Positions 15,769 through 25,967 of a stretch of 64,000 bases of DNA are shown here, in pieces (within the stretch, counting starts at the first letter, position 1; each line of letters begins with the position of its first letter). A model generated the notes under the pieces. That model was not told the origin of the DNA. It saw nothing but the letters and a program-made list of their open reading frames with translations, and did not search any database. Origin of the DNA: a virus (taxonomy: Duplodnaviria > Caudoviricetes); IMG/VR virus record IMGVR_UViG_3300032269_000703, positions 29,036 to 93,035 of that record, one strand, 5' to 3'. Both the position numbers and the translations under genes were made by a program.

Positions 15769-16509
15769 ATGGCAACAAATAATAATGGAAACCTGCTAGA
15801 TTCAGCAGGTAACATCGTCGTTGACTTTGTATGGGGTAACTTCCCTCTACAGCCAAACGATGTACGTCCAGACACCGCAACAGGTCGCCTAGACTTTGCT
15901 CTAGACAACCACGTAATTGCACAGGTTGGCTGGAATGGCTACCCTCTTTATGTACCAAACACGGACGGTTCAGCCGTAGACAGCGACAGCCCAGCAGATG
16001 GTATTCAAGCAGATGAAATTTTCTTGAATATTGCCTTAAACTCCGCTGTAAGTGGAACTGTAGCACTAGTTGTTGGTCAGACAACTGCTTTAGCTGTTGA
16101 CTCCCTAAAGGATAACGGCTTCCTAGCAGCAAATATTACAACCGCATCTGGAGCAGCCAACGCTGCTAAGAGCATTACCCGTGTTAACGTAACTTCTACT
16201 ACTGCAGCCAACGTATACACCACCACTGCAAGCACTGCTTATCCAGTTGGAACTAAGGTAGTTATTGCTGCTGGAACCGGTATCCCTGCAGGTGTTGTAG
16301 GTACTTGGACCGTAACTAACGCTACTAGCACTTACATCACCATTGCTGGTACTGGATTTACTGTAGCGGATTCAGGTACAATTTCTCCTGCCGCTACATT
16401 AACGGGTCTTGCTGGAACAGTGAAGTCTATTGCGTTTGGTTCAGGTACAATTGCCAACCAGACAACTGCTTCAACTGTAACTGTAACCCCGTTTGCTACT
16501 GCTAGCTAA
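15769..16509 (+). CDS. Probable virion-associated protein (PASTA-like segment plus inserted beta module)
   Basis: VDFVWGNFPLQPND N-terminus; VVGQTTALAVDSLKDNGF; Thr/Ala/Gly-rich. Confidence 0.55.
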   Translation: MATNNNGNLLDSAGNIVVDFVWGNFPLQPNDVRPDTATGRLDFALDNHVIAQVGWNGYPLYVPNTDGSAVDSDSPADGIQADEIFLNIALNSAVSGTVALVVGQTTALAVDSLKDNGFLAANITTASGAANAAKSITRVNVTSTTAANVYTTTASTAYPVGTKVVIAAGTGIPAGVVGTWTVTNATSTYITIAGTGFTVADSGTISPAATLTGLAGTVKSIAFGSGTIANQTTASTVTVTPFATAS

Positions 16510-16524
16510 AACTAAATAACTAAT

Positions 16525-17400
16525 ATGGCTCGGTCCTGGGATCCTTCTAATCAACCTGATCAGCAACTTCGTTTAGAAGCTGCTCAAAGGTTGGATCCTA
16601 GGGCTGAGCTTTATCAAATAGACCCTGACGTTGCTGTTGAGCTTTTAAGACTCCAGCAAGGAACTGGTGGAAATTACACCAGCATTGAAAGTGCTTTTCA
16701 AGCATTGCCCACTGCATCATCTGTTGGTGAATTTGCTAAAACAGGTCAATTTGCAGAAGCTAGATCTCTTTATTTTGATGATGCCGTTCGTGCATCGCAA
16801 CTTGGGTATGACATAACTACAGGAAAGTACTACACCACCAGTACTGCTTATGATTCTAATACAAAAAGTAGGTTTACACGAGGCGGTATTGAATACGAAA
16901 ACTTGTCCTCAGATGCAAGAGATTACGAAGATGCTCCAGCACCTATTACCGTAAAACCTACTTCTACAATAAACCCTAGAAAGCCTAGAACTGTTGCTGC
17001 TGGTTATAGAGCAGGAACAAATGAAGATGGGTCTGCTGGTACTCTTACCGTAATTTTTAGAGACGGCAGTTACTACAACTACTATGAAGTAGAGCCTTAT
17101 CTATGGCAACAGTTTAAACAAGTAAAATCTAAAGGTAGATTTATTGCTAAATATTTAGATCAAAAGCCTAGAGGATACGCTAGCGTTGCGTACATCACTG
17201 CAATAGCTCAAAAAACAGAATACTATATTTCTCGTACTAACCAGGTTATGTCTAGAGGTAAGCAAGGACTGCGCTCCAAGAGACAGCCTAACTTGGAAAG
17301 AAGATTGCTGCAAGCCGAGCGCGCAACAAGAAGAGCTGCTAGAATTGCTAAAGCAGCAGGAACAAATCCTGCTAAAGGTAGAGGAAAAAGGCGCGCATAG
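16525..17400 (+). CDS. KTSC-domain protein
   Basis: TLTVIFRDGSYYNYYEVEPYLWQQFKQVKSKGRFI. Confidence 0.8.
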   Translation: MARSWDPSNQPDQQLRLEAAQRLDPRAELYQIDPDVAVELLRLQQGTGGNYTSIESAFQALPTASSVGEFAKTGQFAEARSLYFDDAVRASQLGYDITTGKYYTTSTAYDSNTKSRFTRGGIEYENLSSDARDYEDAPAPITVKPTSTINPRKPRTVAAGYRAGTNEDGSAGTLTVIFRDGSYYNYYEVEPYLWQQFKQVKSKGRFIAKYLDQKPRGYASVAYITAIAQKTEYYISRTNQVMSRGKQGLRSKRQPNLERRLLQAERATRRAARIAKAAGTNPAKGRGKRRA

Positions 17401-17404
17401 ATTA

Positions 17405-17722
17405 ATGCCAAAAATACACAATATCGGAAAACAACACTTTGTACAGTTTTTTAGGTTTCCTGTTAAATGGGGTGCTAGAATAGCTGTAATAGGTCATACA
17501 CAAGAGATCGAGCCACCTTACAGAACCTCTAAACCTCTTATGATTAGGCTGCCATTTTACCATGTTTTAGTCATTGGTAAATGGAGTGGAGAACTAGAAG
17601 AAGAAACAGCGCTAACAACTGCGCTAGAAATGCGAGTACTAACTGATGAAGATTTTCAAGAAGGATGGACCCCAGCAGCCTACGAAGTTGGAGAAGAGGG
17701 TAGCCTCTATATCGACTCCTGA
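17405..17722 (+). CDS. Hypothetical protein
   Basis: ATG 17405 after previous stop. Confidence 0.65.
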   Translation: MPKIHNIGKQHFVQFFRFPVKWGARIAVIGHTQEIEPPYRTSKPLMIRLPFYHVLVIGKWSGELEEETALTTALEMRVLTDEDFQEGWTPAAYEVGEEGSLYIDS

Positions 17723-17882
17723 GCTAGTAACTTGGGTAGAAACTCACCTTTACATTATTGGTAAAGAGACCACTGCTTGGTTAAAAACAAAAGAAGCCTT
17801 TTTTTTAGAAGACGCTGAATCAGCAGCTGAGGTGTTAGTTGTTATCATGAAAGAGCTAAAAAAGAGGTCAAATGAGCTTTGA
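17646..17882 (+). CDS. Hypothetical helical protein upstream of terminase
   Basis: Overlaps terL start. Confidence 0.65.
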   Translation: MKIFKKDGPQQPTKLEKRVASISTPELVTWVETHLYIIGKETTAWLKTKEAFFLEDAESAAEVLVVIMKELKKRSNEL

Positions 17883-19452
17883 GGAAGAAAAATTTGAGGA
17901 AATAAATCCCGATTTTTATAAAGAAGACCATGAGGCTGTAGAAGAAGATTTTGAAGAGCCAGAAGATGAACTATCTAAAGACTTTGTTAATAAACTTATA
18001 GACAAAATTATGGAGTTTATGGGTGTCCTTGTTGGGCATCAACTTCACCCCTATCAACAGCCGTTAGCTAAAAGAATTATTGAGTCAGTAATTATTGGTG
18101 ATGGTGAAGAGATTACCGCCCTTGCTGCTCGTCAGTCAGGTAAGTCCGAAACTATTGCAAATACTGTGTCTACGCTTATGCTATTGATGCCTAGACTTGC
18201 AAAGATCTATCCTGATCTTCTTGGCAAATTTAAGGACGGCATTTGGGTCGGTCTATTCGCTCCTACTGAATCTCAGGCAGAAACTTTGTTTAGCCGAACT
18301 GTAACTCGATTAAGCTCTGAGCGTGCGCAAGAAATTCTTAGTGACCCTGAAATTGACGATGTAGCTGCTAAAGCTGGTGGTGTTACTAAAATGATTCGAC
18401 TTAAGAAGTCTGGATCTACCTTAACAATGATGACTGCTAACCCTCGTGCAAAGATTGAATCTAAGTCGTTCCACCTTGTTGTTATTGATGAGTGTCAAGA
18501 AGCTGATGACTTTATTGTTACTAAGTCTATTTCTCCTATGATGGCGTATTATGCGGGTACTATGGTTAAGACCGGAACACCTACTACTCATAAAAACAAT
18601 TTCTATAAGTCTATCCAATTAAACAGACGTAGACAAACTGGTAGAAATGCTAGACAAAACCATTTTCAATGGGACTACAGGGATGTAGCAAAGATTAACC
18701 CAGATTATAATAAGTTTATAAAGAAAGAAATTATTCGTATTGGAGAGGAGTCAGATGAATTTCAGATGTCGTACAACTGCAAGTGGCTACTTGAACGCGG
18801 AATGTTTGTCTCTTCTACCCTCTTGGATGAGCTTGGTGACACTAGCCAAAAAATCGTCAAAACCTGGCATCAGACACCCGTTGTTGTCGGAGTCGATCCT
18901 GCTAGAAAAATGGACTCAACCGTTGTTACTGTTGTCTGGGTCGACTGGGATAGACCTGATGAGTTTGGGTATTACGATCATAGAATCCTCAACTGGTTGG
19001 AAATACAAGGCGATGACTGGGAAGAACAGTACTTCCAAATAGTAAACTTTTTAAGCAACTATGATGTATTGGCAATTGGTATCGATGCTAACGGTGTTGG
19101 TGACGCGGTAGCACAGCGTCTAAAAATTCTTATGCCTAGAGCTGAGGTCGTAGCCCTCACATCTAGCCAATCGGAGCAATCTAAACGGTTTAAACACTTA
19201 CAGGAGCTTCTACAAAGAAGATCTTTAGCTTACCCTTCTCATGCAGAATCTAGGCGTCTTCGTATATGGAAACGTTTTTACCAGCAGATGACAGATGTAG
19301 AAATTAAGTATAAAGGTCCTAACTTTACAGTAGCAGCGCCTGATGAGACATACGCGCACGATGACTATGTGGATAGTTTAGCTATGGCTTGCTCTCTTAC
19401 CAGAGAATTAGTAATGCCAGAGGTAAATGTGTCTTCTAGTCCTTTTTTCTAA
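17872..19452 (+). CDS. terL: Terminase large subunit
   Basis: Walker A ARQSGKS, Walker B VVIDECQ, coupling motif TGT, nuclease VGVDPA and HDDYVDS. Confidence 0.95.
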   Translation: MSFEEEKFEEINPDFYKEDHEAVEEDFEEPEDELSKDFVNKLIDKIMEFMGVLVGHQLHPYQQPLAKRIIESVIIGDGEEITALAARQSGKSETIANTVSTLMLLMPRLAKIYPDLLGKFKDGIWVGLFAPTESQAETLFSRTVTRLSSERAQEILSDPEIDDVAAKAGGVTKMIRLKKSGSTLTMMTANPRAKIESKSFHLVVIDECQEADDFIVTKSISPMMAYYAGTMVKTGTPTTHKNNFYKSIQLNRRRQTGRNARQNHFQWDYRDVAKINPDYNKFIKKEIIRIGEESDEFQMSYNCKWLLERGMFVSSTLLDELGDTSQKIVKTWHQTPVVVGVDPARKMDSTVVTVVWVDWDRPDEFGYYDHRILNWLEIQGDDWEEQYFQIVNFLSNYDVLAIGIDANGVGDAVAQRLKILMPRAEVVALTSSQSEQSKRFKHLQELLQRRSLAYPSHAESRRLRIWKRFYQQMTDVEIKYKGPNFTVAAPDETYAHDDYVDSLAMACSLTRELVMPEVNVSSSPFF

Positions 19453-19543
19453 AAATTATTAATTAAGCCTTTATTTATGTTGATTATAAGTCAAACTAAG
19501 TATTGGAATACTGCAGTTCCATTTCTAACTAAAAGGAGTTTCC

Positions 19544-19939
19544 ATGGGCATTTCTCCAAATCCTATGTTTCCAGAGCGTGCGCCGCAGGCGTACGAACTA
19601 AAAGCCGCAGGTAACGTCGAGCGTAGAGGTCCACTTCGTTTTGAAGAGGGTGTTGCTACTGACACTGACGTTCCTAACGACTTCCAGAAGGGTATCATGA
19701 GCGGCTTTGCTGCAGCTCCTGGTCGCCCAAACCGCAACGCACCAGTATGGCAGAAGCCAGCTGCTGAGACCCTAGCAGAACGTTCACACGTAGGTTCTGC
19801 TGCATGGATCGAAGCACCTACTTTCCTAGGTGAGTTTGCACACGGTTCATTCACTAACTATGCTGAGCAGACTGTTGAGACCAAGTTGGTTTCTGGTGGT
19901 AAAACAGCACGTTTGAACCCAACAGTAGTTCAAGACTAA
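19544..19939 (+). CDS. Conserved hypothetical head-module protein
   Basis: AAGGAG SD; strongly biased codons; GPLRFEEGVATDTDVP. Confidence 0.8.
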   Translation: MGISPNPMFPERAPQAYELKAAGNVERRGPLRFEEGVATDTDVPNDFQKGIMSGFAAAPGRPNRNAPVWQKPAAETLAERSHVGSAAWIEAPTFLGEFAHGSFTNYAEQTVETKLVSGGKTARLNPTVVQD

Positions 19940-19949
19940 TAACAAACAC

Positions 19950-19997
19950 CTTACTCTTGCCCCCGCCCCTTATAAGGGGGCGTGGGGGCGAGGTAAG
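19950..19997 (+). terminator. GC-rich intergenic hairpin (terminator or processing/stability element)
   Basis: CTTAC.CTTGCCCCCGCCCCTT-ATA-AGGGGGCG.GGGGGCGAG.GTAAG; no U-tract. Confidence 0.5.
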
Positions 19998-20021
19998 CTC
20001 TACGTTTGAGGAGACGGCATA

Positions 20022-20303
20022 ATGGCACAAGTACCTGCCAATGAAAAGCTTTGGACTTTGATTGTTACACAAGCAAAAGCCAAGTACACTAACTACCCTA
20101 ACCCAGGCGCTAGCCACTGGGTTCATCAGCAGTACCTGAAGCACGGTGGTCGGTTTATTGAGACTAGCGAAGAGACTCGTCGCAAGAAGATCGCACAAAA
20201 GATGCTAGAAGAAAAGTTGCGTAAGAAGGCTGCTCACAAAGGTCTTAAAAAAGACGAAAAGAATTCAAAGCCTGTTCCAAAGAAAAAGTCTAAGGATAAA
20301 TAA
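20022..20303 (+). CDS. Small basic phage protein
   Basis: PANEKLW..AKAKY..YP...SHWV..QY.KHGGRF then Lys-rich tail; GAGGAG SD. Confidence 0.8.
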   Translation: MAQVPANEKLWTLIVTQAKAKYTNYPNPGASHWVHQQYLKHGGRFIETSEETRRKKIAQKMLEEKLRKKAAHKGLKKDEKNSKPVPKKKSKDK

Positions 20304-20307
20304 ATAA

Positions 20308-22038
20308 ATGTCTTTTGCGGACTTTTCACCACCCAGTTATAGGGCGGCTTCTTCTGACCTAACAATCTCTATTTCTCCATTAGGTCTTGTAGAACTTGCT
20401 GACGAAGAGTTTGAGGTCCACGGTCCTCGTCTAAACCGTTACAGCCTTAACTGGGCTATGTACCTTGGTCACCACTGGGGCTATCGCCGTGAACAAGGCG
20501 AAATGCAAATTTCGATTAATTATTACCGTGCTTTTCTAGATTACATTTCTAGATTTACTTTTGGTAAGGGTGTCCACTTTAAATCCCCTAAAGCTACTGA
20601 GGCTATTATTCCTCAGCTTCTTGAGCGTGTATGGGAAGTAGACAACAACAAGATGCAGATCTTGTTTGAAATGGCTCAAACTGGTGCTGTATCAGGTGAC
20701 TGTTTTGTTAAGATTGCTTATGAAGAAGCATGGGAAGATAGCGTAGGTCGCTTTCACCCAGGACGTGTTCGTATTCTTCCTCTAAACCCTGCGTTTTGTT
20801 TTCCAGAGTTCCACCCACACGATAGAACTCGTTTACTTAGATTTAAGCAGAAGTACCGTTTCTGGGGCACAAGCCTAGAAGGTACTCGTCAGGTATTTAC
20901 TTACACTGAAATCCTTACCGATGACATTATCGAAGAATACATCAATGACGAGTTGATTGACTCAAGACCAAACCCACTAGGTCAGATCCCAGTTGTTCAC
21001 ATTCCTAATATTCCGGTTTCTGGTTCTCCATGGGGTCTAGCAGACGCTCATGACATCATCACTATTAACCGTTCATATAACGAAATCTCTACAGATATTG
21101 CAGACATCATCAACTACCACGCTGCGCCTGTAACAGTTATTGTTGGTGCTAAAGCTTCTAACCTTGAAAAGGGTGCAAAGAAAGTTTGGGGTGGTCTTCC
21201 TAAAGACTCTCAGGTATTTAATCTTGAAGGTGGAGGCGCTGGTCTTGCTGGTGCAATGGAGTACCTGTCTTCACTAAAGACTGCTATGCACGAAATGATG
21301 AACGTACCAGAGACTGCTCTTGGTCAAGTTCAACCTATTTCAAACACCTCTGGTGTTGCTCTGTCTATTCAGTACCAGCCTTTGATGAACCGCTGGGCAC
21401 AAAAGACCGCTCAATACGGTAAGGGTCTTGAACGTATTAACGAGATTGTTATTTTAAATCTTGTTGTTAAAGAACCACAGGTTCTTACCTATGACCCAAG
21501 CACTAATGCGCCATTAAAAGAAGGTCAGTTAGATGTCTTAGACCCTAATGATCCTCTTACTTATAGATCATTTGCACATTTTCCTCAACCTCTTCCTTTA
21601 GACAAGCTAATCTTGATGAGCGAACTTCAGCAAAAGATGGCACTAGGACTAGAGTCTAAAGAAGGTGCTTTGCGTGCTCTTGGTGAAGAATTCCCAGATG
21701 AGAAGCTTGAAGAAATTCGTAAGGAAATGATTGAAGATGCTAAGGCTGATGGTGCCTTGACACTCATTAAGGTACAGATCCAGAAAGAAATTATGGATAT
21801 GACCGGTATGATGCCAGGACCTGAAGGTAGCTCCGCAACTCCTATTGACCCTATGATGATGGGTGATGGAGATGTTATGGGTGATGGTATTGAAGGTCCA
21901 CCTGAAGAGGGTGCTGACAATCCTGAGCTAAACTCTAACATGGAAGAAGAGCAGGGCGAAGCTAGCATGAGAGAAACTTTGGTACAACAGGCATACGGTG
22001 CCAACATACCAACAAGAGATCCTATAGATAGACAATAA
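20308..22038 (+). CDS. Portal protein
   Basis: Position after terL; NPLGQIPVVHIPN, SGVALSIQY motifs of SPP1 gp6-like portals. Confidence 0.9.
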   Translation: MSFADFSPPSYRAASSDLTISISPLGLVELADEEFEVHGPRLNRYSLNWAMYLGHHWGYRREQGEMQISINYYRAFLDYISRFTFGKGVHFKSPKATEAIIPQLLERVWEVDNNKMQILFEMAQTGAVSGDCFVKIAYEEAWEDSVGRFHPGRVRILPLNPAFCFPEFHPHDRTRLLRFKQKYRFWGTSLEGTRQVFTYTEILTDDIIEEYINDELIDSRPNPLGQIPVVHIPNIPVSGSPWGLADAHDIITINRSYNEISTDIADIINYHAAPVTVIVGAKASNLEKGAKKVWGGLPKDSQVFNLEGGGAGLAGAMEYLSSLKTAMHEMMNVPETALGQVQPISNTSGVALSIQYQPLMNRWAQKTAQYGKGLERINEIVILNLVVKEPQVLTYDPSTNAPLKEGQLDVLDPNDPLTYRSFAHFPQPLPLDKLILMSELQQKMALGLESKEGALRALGEEFPDEKLEEIRKEMIEDAKADGALTLIKVQIQKEIMDMTGMMPGPEGSSATPIDPMMMGDGDVMGDGIEGPPEEGADNPELNSNMEEEQGEASMRETLVQQAYGANIPTRDPIDRQ

Positions 22039-22157
22039 ATAATTTTAGTTTGCTAAGAAACTAATTACTAATTTCCTTATTCTTATAGTATACCCACTGA
22101 CAAGGTCACGTGCTCACACATCGGAAAACGACCCACGAGAATGAAAAGAGATAAATA

Positions 22158-22919
22158 ATGGATGAAAACCTAGAGGTAGAAAGTACTACCGAACAAGTTG
22201 CACCTGAAGCTGTTGTTGAGGAGACACTCTTGCCAAACACTGACAAGGTTGCTGAAGCAATTCAGAAAGCCCGTGCTCAGGAAAAGGCAAAGCTTTACCC
22301 TCAAGTAGAAAAGCTACAGGAAGAACTAGCTATGCTTCGTAAGGAGCGTGAAGAGCGTCAAGCTCTAGAGGCTGAGCGTGCAGCAAAGCGTCAGGCTCGT
22401 GAGTCTGAGCGTCAAGCTGAACGTAAGAAGCAGGAAGAATCAGAACTTGAGGTTCGCGATCTTCTTGCTAAAAAAGAACAGGAATGGGCAAGTAAATTTG
22501 AAGCTGAGCGTGTAGAACGCGAAAAAGCTTTTGCTCTTCTTGATCGGGAGCGTGAATTCCAGGAGCTGCAGCAATATCGTTCGCAGCGTCTAGAACAAGA
22601 GCGCGAAAACATTATTCCAGAACTAGTAGACCTAATTTCTGGAAATTCTAAGGATGAAATTGAGCAGAGCATCCTTGGTCTTAAAGAACGTTCTGCAAAA
22701 ATCTTCGATTCTGTTACGCAAGTCGCACAGCAGAGCCGCAAGGAGATGACTGGTACACGCATCACCGTACCAGCAAACGGACCCCTCGACAATGATTCGG
22801 ACTCAGCTACGTTAACCCCCGACAGTATTTCAAATATGTCAATGGCAGAATATGCAAAGAATCGCTCAAAGCTTTTGGGCGGTAATAACAACCGTGGACA
22901 GGGATTGTTCGGTAATTAA
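22158..22919 (+). CDS. Capsid scaffolding protein
   Basis: E/K/R coiled coil, ISNMSMAEYAKNR C-terminus, directly before capsid. Confidence 0.85.
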   Translation: MDENLEVESTTEQVAPEAVVEETLLPNTDKVAEAIQKARAQEKAKLYPQVEKLQEELAMLRKEREERQALEAERAAKRQARESERQAERKKQEESELEVRDLLAKKEQEWASKFEAERVEREKAFALLDREREFQELQQYRSQRLEQERENIIPELVDLISGNSKDEIEQSILGLKERSAKIFDSVTQVAQQSRKEMTGTRITVPANGPLDNDSDSATLTPDSISNMSMAEYAKNRSKLLGGNNNRGQGLFGN

Positions 22920-22955
22920 CCACCTAACTAACAACCGCTTCTGAAAGGAGCAAAA

Positions 22956-24086
22956 ATGGCAGGTTCTGCTATTACAGGTTCGTCCCAGCTCGCTGGTGCA
23001 CCTACCGCTTATTCAGGCTCAAACTCACAGTTGAGCCAATCTATCCAAACCATTTGGTCGAAGGAAATCCTATTCCAGGCTATGCCAATTCTACGCTTTG
23101 AGCAGTTCGCTGTTAAGAAGACTGAACTAGGTGTTGCTCCTGGTCTACGTGTTAACTTCCTACGTTACAAGAACTTCGCAGTGGACCCAACTCCACTATC
23201 AGAAGGTGTACGTATGACCACCAACGCTCTAACCGCAGAGCAGATTGCTATCACCGTTGCCGAGCACGGATACGCAGTTGCAGTCTCAGAGCTGTTGCTA
23301 AACGCATCTTTCGACGACATCATGGCTTCTGCTTCACGTTTGCTTGGTCGCCACATGGCTCAGTACCTAGACGTACAGGCTCGTAACACTCTATCAGCAG
23401 CTACTTCAGCTGTTTATGGTTACGACCGTTCAGGTTTCTCATCTTCAACTACTTTCAACACATATGCTGAAGGTACCGTTGGAACTAAGCTATCTGATCT
23501 AACTGGTAACTTCAAGCTAACAACCGGTGCTATCAAGGACGCTGCGCTAACTCTTGCGTCTAAGAACATCCCAAGGCTTGGAGAGACCTACGTACAGTTC
23601 ATTCACCCTAAGCAGTCTCGTGACCTTCGCTCAAACCCAGAGTTTATCGAAGTAACCAAGTACGCTGCTCCAGGTAACTTCATGCTAGGTGAAATCGGTC
23701 GTCTATACGACGTCGTATTCATCGAGACCACCCAGATTAAGCTTCTTGCTTCTGGTACTGCAGTTGACTACACTTCACTTGTTGGCGCACCTGCTGACCA
23801 GGTTGTAGTTCCTGTAAAGGCTAACACTAACCCAGGTTCTGGTGGTAACCCTAACGGTTCTACTTCACCAAACCCTGCTGGTGGTGCAGATGGTACTCCA
23901 GGTGCTTCTGTTTACGAATCAGTAATGATTGGTGACAATGCATTTGGTCACGCTATCTCTCTTCCAGTTGAGCTTCGTGATGGTGGTGTTCTAGACTTCG
24001 GTCGTGAGCACGCACTAGCATGGTACGCTATCTGGGGTCTAGGTGTTATTACTGACCAGGCTATCGTTAAGGTTTACACCAACTAA
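22956..24086 (+). CDS. Major capsid protein (N4 gp56-like HK97 fold)
   Basis: TIWSKEIL, PLSEG, YVQFIHP, GEIGRLYDVVFIET, DFGR..AWY; highly biased codons. Confidence 0.93.
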   Translation: MAGSAITGSSQLAGAPTAYSGSNSQLSQSIQTIWSKEILFQAMPILRFEQFAVKKTELGVAPGLRVNFLRYKNFAVDPTPLSEGVRMTTNALTAEQIAITVAEHGYAVAVSELLLNASFDDIMASASRLLGRHMAQYLDVQARNTLSAATSAVYGYDRSGFSSSTTFNTYAEGTVGTKLSDLTGNFKLTTGAIKDAALTLASKNIPRLGETYVQFIHPKQSRDLRSNPEFIEVTKYAAPGNFMLGEIGRLYDVVFIETTQIKLLASGTAVDYTSLVGAPADQVVVPVKANTNPGSGGNPNGSTSPNPAGGADGTPGASVYESVMIGDNAFGHAISLPVELRDGGVLDFGREHALAWYAIWGLGVITDQAIVKVYTN

Positions 24087-24110
24087 TAGCCAAACCCTCT
24101 CGTGAGGTAC

Positions 24111-24139
24111 GGGGGGCTGGTTCGCCAGCCCCCCACTTT
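24111..24139 (+). terminator. Hairpin after capsid gene
   Basis: GGGGGGCTGG-TTCG-CCAGCCCCCC then ACTTT. Confidence 0.7.
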
Positions 24140-24171
24140 AAATAAACAAACAAACATAGGAGAAAAATATC

Positions 24172-24543
24172 GTGGCAAACACACCAACAAGTCCATTGGA
24201 CGCAACCGGCAAAGCTGCTGAAGACGCCGCAAAAAAGAACGCAGCAGAAATTAAGAAGCGCCAAGAAGAGATTGCTATCTCTCGTGCTGCTGAGGAAGAG
24301 CTACTAGAAACCGCTGTCTTTGATCCAAAGAAGCCAGACGCTCCAATCCTAATTGATGAAATCGAAGAAGTTGGTGTATCGATTAACAACGAAAAGGTTG
24401 TTATCCGTACTATCACTGATATCGAAGACATGACTTACGGAGTAGGAAACAGTTACACTTTTAAGCAGGGTGTTAGGTATTCAGTGCCAAAGGATTTGGC
24501 AGATTACCTTGAAAGCCTTGGCTACATTTGGCGTGCTAACTAA
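24172..24543 (+). CDS. Hypothetical head-associated protein
   Basis: AGGAG SD, GTG start. Confidence 0.8.
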   Translation: MANTPTSPLDATGKAAEDAAKKNAAEIKKRQEEIAISRAAEEELLETAVFDPKKPDAPILIDEIEEVGVSINNEKVVIRTITDIEDMTYGVGNSYTFKQGVRYSVPKDLADYLESLGYIWRAN

Positions 24544-24559
24544 GCACGTCTAATAAGCT

Positions 24560-24605
24560 GCCCACCCTGTTAGTACCGCCTTCCTCCTAACAGGGTGGGC
24601 TTTTT
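24560..24605 (+). terminator. Rho-independent terminator
   Basis: 14-bp stem GCCCACCCTGTTAG/CTAACAGGGTGGGC, then TTTTT. Confidence 0.85.
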
Positions 24606-24668
24606 ATGTTTGGGCAGATTTTATTACCAAAATGCGAGAACATAAGTATATAGACTTACGGAGGATCT

Positions 24669-25967
24669 GTGGCAACACTATCTAATCTTGCTGAAAGAGT
24701 TCGTGTAGAACTTGGTGACCTTGGCAAATCTTTTGTAACTAACTTTGTTGCTGATGGTACTACCAACCGATTTAGACTTCACTACGCCCCACTAGACGGA
24801 AATGGCGTAAAAGTCTTTAAAAATGGGGTAGACATCTCGAATTTAGCATCTGTTGAAGAACAAACAGGCGTTCTAGTTACTGACACTGTTCCTGCTGATG
24901 GCGACGAACTGCTCGTCAGTGGTACCTATTATCGTTATTTTACTGCTACTGAAGTTAACCACATTGTTGAAGAAGCCCTACTAACTCACACCCATGGACA
25001 CACTGATGTTGTTGGGCGACAAATTACTATGGATAATTTGCCTCTTATTGAAGAGTATCCTGTAATCATTCACGCTGTTACTCTAGCTTTATACACTTTA
25101 GCTACAGATGCATCTTTTGATATTGACATTCAAGCACCAGATGGTGTAAGTATCCCTAGATCTGAACGATACCGTCAGTTGATGGATATGGTTCAGGCAA
25201 GACAGAGTCAGTACCGTGAACTTTGTACTTTACTTGGTGTTGGTCTATACAAGATTGATGTATTTAATCTTAATAGGATTTCTAAGTCTACAGGAAGACT
25301 TGTCCCTATGTACTTGCCGCAAGAAGTTGACGATCGTTCATACCCAGAAAGAACACACATTGCTACACCTACTTTGGGTGCAATTGCTCAACCTTGGGAA
25401 ACTGAAGCTGGCGAAATAACCGCTTACCAGGGTCGTTCATTCAGCACTTCACTTGATGTTACAGCTAACCTTGCTGGAAAGTCATTTACTGTAAAAATTC
25501 TTAACCAACGTAATTCTCCACTTGCCGTACGAAACTTTGCTCTTTCTGTAGATGCTCCTGGTATTGATACTATTACTGGGGTTTCTAGAACTTCAGGAAG
25601 TACAACTATTACAATTACTACTAGTGCTGCTCATGGATTAAGCACAGGAAACTCTGTAGTTATTACAAATGTTAATAGTACTGTAAATGGTGTTTACACA
25701 ATTTTGAGTGGTAACCCATCAAACACGACCTTTACAGTTACTGGTACAGCTACTGCTGCTTTATCTCTTACAGGGTTATCTGGTCAAGTTGAGACTAATG
25801 TTTCCAAAGATTACACCTTTACATTCTCATTAACTAAAGAAGAGACACAAATGCTAGCTGAAAGAACTTACTGGTCACTTTCTGCTATTGATGATTTTAC
25901 TGGTGATATTACAGAGATTAAGGGCGGCAAGTTCTTTACTGTTAGAGGAACTACGATCGTAATATGA
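24669..25967 (+). CDS. Head-tail adaptor/neck protein with inserted beta module
   Basis: Position; L..RVRVELGD, DGVSIPRSERY; TTSAAHGLSTG module. Confidence 0.65.
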   Translation: MATLSNLAERVRVELGDLGKSFVTNFVADGTTNRFRLHYAPLDGNGVKVFKNGVDISNLASVEEQTGVLVTDTVPADGDELLVSGTYYRYFTATEVNHIVEEALLTHTHGHTDVVGRQITMDNLPLIEEYPVIIHAVTLALYTLATDASFDIDIQAPDGVSIPRSERYRQLMDMVQARQSQYRELCTLLGVGLYKIDVFNLNRISKSTGRLVPMYLPQEVDDRSYPERTHIATPTLGAIAQPWETEAGEITAYQGRSFSTSLDVTANLAGKSFTVKILNQRNSPLAVRNFALSVDAPGIDTITGVSRTSGSTTITITTSAAHGLSTGNSVVITNVNSTVNGVYTILSGNPSNTTFTVTGTATAALSLTGLSGQVETNVSKDYTFTFSLTKEETQMLAERTYWSLSAIDDFTGDITEIKGGKFFTVRGTTIVI

